DNA of 46,027 nucleotides from Ignavibacteriaceae bacterium (GTDB taxonomy: Bacteria; Bacteroidota; Ignavibacteria; Ignavibacteriales; Ignavibacteriaceae), in contig JACSRR010000106.1 in the NCBI GenBank assembly GCA_014879635.1, positions 1 through 46,027 on the forward strand. The letters run 5' to 3'. The position numbers were made by a program, and so were the translations under genes. Positions 39,136-46,027 of the stretch are shown one piece after another (position 1 is the first letter of the stretch; each line of letters starts with the position of its first letter). The notes under the pieces were generated by a model. That model was not told the DNA's origin. It saw only the letters and a program-made list of their open reading frames with translations, and did not search any database.

Positions 39136-40389
39136 ATGATTAAAACGGTTTTATTAAGTCTTATTTTTGTTCAGATTCTTTTATCGCAGAATAAGATTTT
39201 AATACCGATGGATGTAACTCAAACCGACCACCTCAAAGCTTACGGAGTAACTTTTCGTGCCTTAGAAAACGGCGTTATTTCTGATTGGTTATTAAATTAC
39301 CGGGGCGGTTCTTTTCTTTTAGATTACAATGACAGGGTAGTAGTAGATTGCAGGATACAGGGGGTTTCGTTTTCGGAAATCTCATCTTCTCAAGCTATTT
39401 CAATTCTTTCGGAAGTTCAAAGCGAAGATAACAATACAGATGTTGTTAGATTAGAAAAAGCTCCTAAAATTGCGGTGTATGTTCCCCCAAATTTTTTGCC
39501 GTGGGATGATGCCGTTACTTTGGCACTTGAATATGCCGGAGTTCCTTATGAGAAGTATTGGAATGAGGAAATTTTACGCGGTGATTTGGAAAAAGTTGAT
39601 TGGTTACACCTTCATCACGAAGATTTCACCGGGCAGTACGGCAAATTTTACTCAAGCTTTTCTAATGCTCAGTGGTATATTGAAAACCAATTAAGATTCG
39701 AGGCTGATGCCAAGCGGCTCGGATTCAGAAAAGTTTCCGAAATGCTTCTTGCTGTTGCAAATACAATAAAAGGATTTATCGGAAACGGCGGATTTTTGTT
39801 TGCAATGTGTTCTGCTACTGATTCTTATGATATTGCTTTAGCTGCCGAAGGCGTTGATATCTGCGCTCCTATGTTTGACGGTGATGCTGCAAATCCGAAT
39901 GCGCAAGACCTGTTAGATTTTACCCGCACAATAGCTTTCGAAAATTTCATTCTTGAAACAAACCCTTATATCTACGAATACAGCGATATTGACATTCAAC
40001 CTGTTGAAATACTCGATTATCAAAATGACTATTTTACCCTCTTTGATTTCTCAGCAAAATATGACCCTGTTCCTACAATGCTCACTCAAAACCACGCTAA
40101 TGTAATTAAAGGTTTTATGGGGCAGACAACTATGTTCAGAAGAAACAGAATCAAAAACTCGGTAATTATTTTAGGCGAGAGAAGGGGAACAGACCAAATC
40201 AAATATATACACGGGAATTTCGGAAGGGGATTTTTTACATTTTACGGCGGTCATGACCCGGAAGATTACCAACATGCAGTTAATGATCCGCCAACTGAGC
40301 TAACACTTCACAAAAATTCGCCCGGATATAGATTAATTCTAAACAATATTCTTTTCCCGGCTGCTAAAAAGAAAAAGCAGAAAACATAA
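39136..40389 (+). CDS. Secreted conserved-looking hypothetical protein; possible class-I glutamine-amidotransferase-like/ThuA-like core (weak inference)
   Basis: Signal peptide. KIAVYVP...WDDAV...LHLHHEDF...GGFLFAMCSA resembles a flavodoxin-like fold with a nucleophile elbow. Lysine-rich tail KKKKQKT. Starts 6 nt after the clpX stop. Confidence 0.4.
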   Translation: MIKTVLLSLIFVQILLSQNKILIPMDVTQTDHLKAYGVTFRALENGVISDWLLNYRGGSFLLDYNDRVVVDCRIQGVSFSEISSSQAISILSEVQSEDNNTDVVRLEKAPKIAVYVPPNFLPWDDAVTLALEYAGVPYEKYWNEEILRGDLEKVDWLHLHHEDFTGQYGKFYSSFSNAQWYIENQLRFEADAKRLGFRKVSEMLLAVANTIKGFIGNGGFLFAMCSATDSYDIALAAEGVDICAPMFDGDAANPNAQDLLDFTRTIAFENFILETNPYIYEYSDIDIQPVEILDYQNDYFTLFDFSAKYDPVPTMLTQNHANVIKGFMGQTTMFRRNRIKNSVIILGERRGTDQIKYIHGNFGRGFFTFYGGHDPEDYQHAVNDPPTELTLHKNSPGYRLILNNILFPAAKKKKQKT

Positions 40390-40599
40390 GGTGTTCTGTT
40401 TAAGATTGTTAACTTTTGTTTTTTATCCCAAATAATTAAAGTTGTACCAAATTGTTTGAAATACGGTGTACTTGCAATCAAAAGAAAAATTAGAAAATTC
40501 ACGCCGAAATACTTCAGATTTATAGCATTTAAATAATCGCAGATGACAAGAAGAAACAGAAAATTAACGATTAGTATAATGGTAAAATTCTAATTTCAA

Positions 40600-40615
40600 T
40601 TAATTTCGAAATTAA
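40600..40615. promoter_or_regulatory. 16-bp perfect palindrome upstream of the histidine kinase gene
   Basis: ttaatttc/gaaattaa at 40600-40615. The half-site taatttc is also repeated directly at 40591-40597. It lies 51 nt upstream of ATG 40666. The AT-rich context lowers significance. Confidence 0.3.
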
Positions 40616-40665
40616 CTATATTTATAAACGGAATTTATCAATAGAATTTAATCAACAAAAAGTAA

Positions 40666-42462
40666 ATGAATAATCTTTTCGACCTGCATCTTTCATTAAA
40701 CGGTGCATTTGACATTTTAGAAGTTGAAGTCACAAATGCAGAATACAATGTTTCGAAACAGAATGTATCTGCCGGTAAAAACCTGTTTTTTCATTTCTCA
40801 TCCAACAATTCGATTACCGATATTAAAAGAAAGATTGAAAAATCGGGAAAGTGGTCAGGATATTTAGAAAGGAATCAAACCAAACTGAGTGGCGGAATTT
40901 GTGTTATAAAAAAATCTGAAACCGGCGATTCAAATTATTCCGCATATTTTTTAGCCGATGAAAACACTCCGGGTAAATTAGCGGGAATAGAAGCGGGAAA
41001 CATTTTTTCATCTACCGGTAACAGGTCATTTTTTGCATGGAAACAATGCGAGCACGAAGATAAGAACGAAGTAATCTTATATACCGGCGGGGTCTTAGTG
41101 GTTACCGGTTACAATACACACGAAATTAACAACATGCCCGGCAAACTCTATAATTTGCTACACCCATCTGATGTGAGCAATGTTCTTAAATCACAGATGG
41201 AATTTAAGCTCGATAAATCTAAAACATCGGGTACATTTATTTTCAGGCTGTTAAACAGGGCAGGTAATACCGTTTGGGTTGAAGAAACAGTTAATATAAA
41301 ACGAAACGAAGAGGGAGATATTGTTACAATTTCAGGAGTGGTAACAGATATAACCGAATTCAAAGAAAAAGAACTTGGGCTTCTAGAGTCTGAATCGAAC
41401 TTTAAAACAGAAAATGACGCAAAAGACCGTTTTATAAACATCCTCTCCCACGATTTAAGAGCTCCATTTACGAGTATAATGGGGTTTGCAGAAATATTGT
41501 TGAGCGACGGTGATCTTGCCGAAAAAGAAAAGAATGAGTACCTTCAATACATTCTTGATGCAAGCAAGGGGCAAATTCAGTTTGTAAATTACCTTCTTGA
41601 TTGGTCAAGATTACGAACAGGAAAATTGAGGGTAGAAACACAAAGGCTTCCGTTGCAAGGTATTGTCTATTCAGCTGTTTCTGCATTAACAGGCAACGCA
41701 GTCAGAAAAAATATCGAGATTTCGGTTGAAATTCCTGAAGAGATTTTTGTTCAGGCAGATGACAATTTACTCAGTCAAGTTATTATAAATCTATTAAGTA
41801 ACGCAATTAAATTCTCTCATCCAAACGGAAAAATTGAGATTTTAGCTTCAATATTTAACAATAACCAGGCTGAATTAATAGTTAGAGATTACGGAACGGG
41901 AATAGGAGCTGAAGATAAAGACAAGATATTTAATCTCGAAAATTCAATTTCTAAAACCGGTACAACGGGAGAAAAGGGGATTGGGTTTGGGCTAAATCTT
42001 GTAAAAGAAATTGTTCAGAAACATAAGGGCGAAATCTGGTTTTATTCAGAACCCGGGTCGGGAACAGAGTTTCATATTACAATTCCTCTCCCTTCTAATG
42101 TTATTATAGTTGTCAGTTCAGACCATACACAAAATAGCAGCCTTAAGAATATTTTAGAAGAGAGTTTCCCTGATTATGAAACAATAGTATTCACAAACGG
42201 TTATCAAGCGTTAGAAACAATAGGCGAAAAAACTCCGAATCTCATAATATCTGATAAATACTTGCCATTAATGAGCGGAATTCAGTTCCTTGAATCGGTT
42301 AATATGAATAACTCAAACTATAAGACACCCGTAATATTGATATACGGTGAAGAAGAAGAACATGACCATCAAAAGTTGATTGAACTTGGAGTGAAAGCAA
42401 TGATTAAAAAGCCGTTAAATCTGAGGGATGTAATAAAACACTTGGAGAAAGTGTTAAATTAA
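40666..42462 (+). CDS. Hybrid sensor histidine kinase / response regulator with PAS-like sensor region
   Basis: H-box ILSHDLRAPF, N-box LLSNAIKFS, G-boxes RDYGTGI and GIGFGLNLV. C-terminal receiver with acceptor Asp in NLIISDKYLP and K in IKKP. No TM segment seen. Confidence 0.9.
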   Translation: MNNLFDLHLSLNGAFDILEVEVTNAEYNVSKQNVSAGKNLFFHFSSNNSITDIKRKIEKSGKWSGYLERNQTKLSGGICVIKKSETGDSNYSAYFLADENTPGKLAGIEAGNIFSSTGNRSFFAWKQCEHEDKNEVILYTGGVLVVTGYNTHEINNMPGKLYNLLHPSDVSNVLKSQMEFKLDKSKTSGTFIFRLLNRAGNTVWVEETVNIKRNEEGDIVTISGVVTDITEFKEKELGLLESESNFKTENDAKDRFINILSHDLRAPFTSIMGFAEILLSDGDLAEKEKNEYLQYILDASKGQIQFVNYLLDWSRLRTGKLRVETQRLPLQGIVYSAVSALTGNAVRKNIEISVEIPEEIFVQADDNLLSQVIINLLSNAIKFSHPNGKIEILASIFNNNQAELIVRDYGTGIGAEDKDKIFNLENSISKTGTTGEKGIGFGLNLVKEIVQKHKGEIWFYSEPGSGTEFHITIPLPSNVIIVVSSDHTQNSSLKNILEESFPDYETIVFTNGYQALETIGEKTPNLIISDKYLPLMSGIQFLESVNMNNSNYKTPVILIYGEEEEHDHQKLIELGVKAMIKKPLNLRDVIKHLEKVLN

Positions 42463-42559
42463 AATAAAAATTGATGTAATGATTTGGAATTTGCGTATTT
42501 TAATAAACTAATCATATTAAATTTTATCCTTAAATTTTTTAACAAAAAAAGAGTCATTA

Positions 42560-43345
42560 ATGAAAAAACTCACAACCATTTTCTGTGTTATGTTTTTTGT
42601 TGCGTTAAGTTTTACGACAAATGCACAAACAGCCGCAGAATTCATTTCTCAGGGGGATCAGCTTGCAATGAAAGAATTCAAAAATCAAGAAGCTTTAAAT
42701 AAGTATCTTGAGGCTGATAAACTTTCGCCTAATAATTGGGAAATAATGTGGAGAATTAGCAGGGCGTATGTAGATATATCCGAGCATTTACCGTCAGGAA
42801 CCTCGGCACAGAAAGATGAGCAATTAAGACTATACCAATTAGCATTTGACTATGCTAACAAAGCCGTCTCTTTAGCGCCCGATAAATCGATTACATATTT
42901 AAGACGCGCAATTGCTAACGGAAGAATTGCATTATTCAAAGGTGTATTCTCGGTTATAGGTATTGTGGGAGATGTAAAAAATGATTGCGAAAAAGCAATT
43001 TCATTAGGAAACGGCGGAAACGAAATTCAAGCCTCAGCACACTATGTTTTAGGCAGAACTCACGCTAAAGTATGCGAAAAACCATATCTTGTAAGATTAC
43101 CGTTAGGCTTAGGCTGGGGTGATATGGATGTTGCAATTACCGAATTTAACAAAGCTATCAAACTTCGTCCAAATTTCAGGATGTTCCGTTTAGATTTAGC
43201 AAAAGCATATATTGAAGAAGACGAGTATGCAAAAGCAAGAGAACAATTAAACGCAATTCCTGGGCTTCCTGTTCTTGACGAAGACGATTACTCAATTGCA
43301 AACGAAGCTAAACAATTATTAGAGCAAATAAAAAATAAAAAATAG
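42560..43345 (+). CDS. Secreted TPR-repeat protein
   Basis: Signal peptide (FFVALSFTTNAQT) and TPR-like repeats (ALNKYLEADKLSPNNWE, AITEFNKAIKLRPNF, AKAYIEEDEYAKAREQL). Confidence 0.72.
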   Translation: MKKLTTIFCVMFFVALSFTTNAQTAAEFISQGDQLAMKEFKNQEALNKYLEADKLSPNNWEIMWRISRAYVDISEHLPSGTSAQKDEQLRLYQLAFDYANKAVSLAPDKSITYLRRAIANGRIALFKGVFSVIGIVGDVKNDCEKAISLGNGGNEIQASAHYVLGRTHAKVCEKPYLVRLPLGLGWGDMDVAITEFNKAIKLRPNFRMFRLDLAKAYIEEDEYAKAREQLNAIPGLPVLDEDDYSIANEAKQLLEQIKNKK

Positions 43346-43354
43346 GTGTCATAG

Positions 43355-44089
43355 TTGCTTGAAAAGCATTTTATTGATGCTCTTAAAAAAGCCCGGCAAA
43401 TAGTTTTTTTTACAGGGTCAGGGATATCTGCTGAATCAGGTATCCCTACTTTTAGAGGGGAAGAAGGCTTATGGAACAAGTTTAAACCGGAAGAATTAGC
43501 AAATTTTAACGCATTTATTAAAAATCCCGCCTTAGTTACGGAATGGTACAATTTCAGACGAGAAATAGTAAGAAAAGCATTACCAAACCCCGGTCACTTA
43601 TCAATTTACGAATTCGAAAAATTTTACGATGTTACCGTTGTTACTCAAAATGTTGACAATCTACACAGGCGTGCAGGCAGTTCTAAAGTTTTAGAGCTTC
43701 ACGGGAATATTGAAAGGAATTTTTGTATTTCGTGTGGTAAAGATGCCGTTGAAATGCACGAAAAAGATAAATCAGGTGTTTTTAGGTGTGAGTGCGGGGG
43801 GTTACTCAGACCCGGAGTTGTTTGGTTTGGCGAGAATCTTCCAACTGCAATTTTTGATGCAGCTGAGGTTGCAATTTCTAAAAGTGATATAGTTTTTGTT
43901 GCCGGAACATCTCTTCAAGTTTACCCCGCCGCGTCTTTAGTGCATTTTGCCAAAGGATTTAACTGTTACATTGTTGAAATTAACACCGAAACTACGCCCG
44001 GCTCTTATTTGGCTGACCAGAAATTTGAAGGGAAATCTGGCGTGCATATACCGGCAATATTGGAACTGGTGAAAGAATTAAAAGGATAA
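43355..44089 (+). CDS. cobB: NAD-dependent protein deacylase, Sir2/CobB family
   Basis: GSGISAESGIPTFRG, TQNVDNLH, catalytic His in ELHGN, and Zn ribbon CISCG...CECGG. TTG start with aggtg 6 nt upstream. Confidence 0.9.
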   Translation: MLEKHFIDALKKARQIVFFTGSGISAESGIPTFRGEEGLWNKFKPEELANFNAFIKNPALVTEWYNFRREIVRKALPNPGHLSIYEFEKFYDVTVVTQNVDNLHRRAGSSKVLELHGNIERNFCISCGKDAVEMHEKDKSGVFRCECGGLLRPGVVWFGENLPTAIFDAAEVAISKSDIVFVAGTSLQVYPAASLVHFAKGFNCYIVEINTETTPGSYLADQKFEGKSGVHIPAILELVKELKG

Positions 44090-44117
44090 TAAACTGAGTA
44101 AACTAAAAACTAAATTT

Positions 44118-45455
44118 GTGTGCTCCGCTTGTGGGTATGAATCGGTAAAATGGATAGGAAGATGCCCCGGTTGCAACAATTGGAATACCTTCACAGAAGA
44201 AATTGAACGAACAGCCACACCCGGTAGAGCTATAAGCAGGGGGGCAACTTCTCCCTCAAAACTAAGTGAAATTGAATCAACAAATTTGCTTAGAGTTAAA
44301 ACAGGAATTGAGGAGTTTGACAGGGTATTAGGGGGCGGATTTGTTCCCGGCTCGGTTATATTATTAGGAGGTGAGCCCGGTATAGGTAAATCTACATTGC
44401 TCCTTCAATCTGTTAACAAACTGAAATTTCCGGTACTGTATGTAACGGGCGAAGAATCTTTACAACAGATTAAAATGCGTGCGGAACGGCTCGGGATAAA
44501 ATCGGATAATCTTTTTATACTAGCAGAAACTTCGCTAGAAATAATTTTTGACGGAATAGATAAAATAAAGCCGGGTTTGGTGGTTATAGATTCTATTCAA
44601 ACAATCTATAATCCGCAGTTCGAAAATTCACCCGGTACGGTAACACAAATTAGAGAGTGTACAAATTCACTCATGGAAAAAACCAAGAGAAGCGGGTTTG
44701 CAACAATGATAATAGGCCATATAAACAAAGACGGTGTTATTGCGGGACCAAAGATATTAGAACACATTGTGGACACCGTTTTGCAATTTGAAGGGGACTC
44801 AAAAAGTTCGCACAGGTTAGTTAGAGCACTGAAGAACCGATTCGGAAGCGCAAATGAACTTGGCGTTTTTGAAATGTCGGCAGACGGATTAAAAGAAGTA
44901 AAAGAACCGGGATTGTTGTTTGTAAACGACCGGCTCACCCAAATTCCCGGTACTGTAATTACTGCAGCTTATGAAGGATCAAGAGCGGTATTGGTTGAAG
45001 TACAGGCATTGGTTACAGTTTCATTTTTCGGAAATCCGCAGCGAGTTACAACCGGGTATGACAACCGAAAACTTTCAATCATATTAGCAGTTTTAGAGAA
45101 GCGAGGCGGGTTAAGGTTATCGGATAAAAATGTTTTCGTGAATGTTGCGGGAGGATTATATTTAGATGAGCCGGCGGCAGATTTGGCTGTTGCGTGTGCA
45201 ATTGTTTCTGCTTTAACGGATAACAGATTTCAATCGGGTACCGTAATTTTTGGCGAATTGGGATTAGGCGGCGAAATAAGAACAGTTTCAAATACGGCAA
45301 AGCGGCTAATTGAATCTGAGAGGCTTGGCTTGGAAAATGCAATAATTCCGAAAGCACCTAAAGACGATTTAAAAAATGTAAAACTAAATCTTAATATTTG
45401 CACTCACATTAAAGAAGTAATTAATTTACTTCCGCCTACAGTGAAAGGATCTTAG
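44118..45455 (+). CDS. radA: DNA repair protein RadA/Sms (true start probably upstream at CTG 44094, see findings)
   Basis: Zn finger CSACG...CPGCN, Walker A GEPGIGKST, the KNRFG motif and a Lon-protease-like C-terminal domain. Confidence 0.95.
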   Translation: MCSACGYESVKWIGRCPGCNNWNTFTEEIERTATPGRAISRGATSPSKLSEIESTNLLRVKTGIEEFDRVLGGGFVPGSVILLGGEPGIGKSTLLLQSVNKLKFPVLYVTGEESLQQIKMRAERLGIKSDNLFILAETSLEIIFDGIDKIKPGLVVIDSIQTIYNPQFENSPGTVTQIRECTNSLMEKTKRSGFATMIIGHINKDGVIAGPKILEHIVDTVLQFEGDSKSSHRLVRALKNRFGSANELGVFEMSADGLKEVKEPGLLFVNDRLTQIPGTVITAAYEGSRAVLVEVQALVTVSFFGNPQRVTTGYDNRKLSIILAVLEKRGGLRLSDKNVFVNVAGGLYLDEPAADLAVACAIVSALTDNRFQSGTVIFGELGLGGEIRTVSNTAKRLIESERLGLENAIIPKAPKDDLKNVKLNLNICTHIKEVINLLPPTVKGS

Positions 45456-45469
45456 AAATTTAATCTGAA

Positions 45470-45660
45470 TTATTGGTGCAAAAAGTTAACCTGACATGAC
45501 CAATAAATAGCTGAAAGTTCTCCTGTGTTTTGACACATTAGTGATTGACAAAATCACTGAAAGCACAAATTTTAAATTAGATTGTAAACCCTACCTTTGC
45601 CATTCATTGGTATTACTAACCGATTCTTCTCAGGATCACTGCCAATTGTCAGTGAAGAAG
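45470..45660 (+). other. Three stem-loops in the radA 3' flank (possible structured RNA; function unknown)
   Basis: Three hairpins. First: 45470-45506 (ttattggt/accaataa, 8 bp, 21-nt loop). Second: 45538-45560 (ttagtgatt/aatcactga, 9 bp including one G.U, 5-nt loop). Third: 45626-45660 (cttct/agaag plus tcactg/cagtga, with a 5-nt bulge). Confidence 0.35.
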
Positions 45661-45703
45661 GCAACAAACTGCGTTTCGCTTTTCAAACTCGAGCCCCAAA
45701 CTT

Positions 45704-45920
45704 GGTTCACCTGATTTTTCGGTGGCAATAATTTTCTTATTTAAATTTCCTGTATCGGTACTTTAGTTAAATTGCTAAACTTTTAGTGTATAAACTGAAG
45801 GTTTGTTTTTATAGCAGAAGAAATGAATAAACTCAACAAATACTTTTTCATATTGTATTCATTATATTGAATTAAACAAAGATACGACACCCTTTAGGGT
45901 CGCTTAGGCAATTGTATGCT
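45704..45920 (+). repeat. Copy B of the ~220-bp conserved noncoding element (paralog of 35522-35740)
   Basis: Same block order and orientation as copy A. See the copy A feature and the findings for block coordinates. Confidence 0.7.
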
Positions 45921-45960
45921 TTATTTACTAAAAACTTATGACACCTTTAGTTTCATTTTC

Positions 45961-45980
45961 ACAATTGAATACAATTGAAT
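45961..45980. repeat. Exact 10-bp tandem duplication acaattgaat x2
   Basis: Read directly. The core attgaat also occurs in the conserved tatattgaattaa block of both element copies (35680-35692 and 45863-45875). Confidence 0.8.
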
Positions 45981-46027
45981 ATCAGTAAATCAAACAATAA
46001 AAAAATAAGAGCTTCTCTGTGCTCTCT

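Noticed and set aside
40308-40502. 64-aa minus-strand ORF with a hydrophobic N-terminus downstream of the 39136-40389 gene.
   Set aside because: It overlaps the 3' end of the plus-strand gene by about 80 nt and has no recognisable motif or ribosome-binding site. It is more likely chance.
42484-42702. 72-aa ORF overlapping the start of the TPR gene at 42560. The nested ORFs at 35156-35401, 35175-35369, 39470-39694 and 43710-43892 were considered in the same way.
   Set aside because: All are out of frame within, or overlapping, better-supported genes, and they have composition-driven sequences.
43355-44089. Sir2-domain protein as a possible anti-phage defence component (Sir2-based systems).
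   Set aside because: It is a compact 244-aa CobB-type sirtuin with an intact NAD-binding GSGIS/QNVDNLH/HG signature and a Zn ribbon. It has no fused effector or sensor domain and no partner gene typical of defence Sir2 systems. Its neighbours are a TPR protein and radA.
45701-45725. cttggttcacctgattttt (and ggttcagctgattttt in copy A) superficially resembles the 16S rRNA 3' end (ggatcacctcctt).
   Set aside because: The match is only about 10 nt with mismatches in the anti-SD core. No other rRNA-like sequence flanks it. It is treated as coincidence.
35522-45920. Two same-orientation copies of the ~220-bp element could be read as direct repeats flanking a 10-kb mobile or integrated element.
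   Set aside because: The enclosed genes are core housekeeping (TPR protein, clpX, histidine kinase, cobB, radA). There is no integrase, transposase or tRNA target. The copies are diverged (roughly three quarters identical by eye), not att-like exact duplications.

Overview
AT-rich, tightly packed chromosomal segment. 40 of 42 genes are on the plus strand. It looks like an FCB-group bacterium (Ignavibacteria/Bacteroidota-like); that is an inference from protein flavour and a few TAnnTTTG-like boxes, not a database result. The content is overwhelmingly housekeeping: the complete rimP-nusA-infB-rbfA-truB-ribF-rpsO-pnp cluster, rng, gcvT, a ComB-like phosphatase, ftsK-lolA, envelope genes (flippase-like membrane protein, beta-barrels, uppP, cyclophilin), lolC/E-lolE-lolD, an M24 peptidase, dnaE, an M16 peptidase pair, an MscS channel, a class-V aminotransferase, TPR proteins, clpX, a hybrid histidine kinase, a CobB-type sirtuin and radA. 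I recognised no rRNA, tRNA, CRISPR array, transposase, integrase or known riboswitch. I do not see a convincing multi-gene novel system and say so plainly. Five things deserve a second look. (1) A ~220-bp noncoding element occurs in two colinear, same-orientation copies (35522-35740 and 45704-45920), inside the only two long gene-free gaps of the window. (2) Three hairpins and an exact 10-bp tandem duplication sit around copy B. (3) An orphan PD-(D/E)XK-motif gene plus a cytoplasmic WG-repeat gene lies between lolA and lolCED, behind its own terminator and a palindrome/phased-repeat control region. (4) 7-bp tandem arrays with hairpin modules occupy the window start. (5) radA's conserved N-terminus can only be encoded from a CTG codon. 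All functional calls come from motifs read in the supplied translations; no searches were run.
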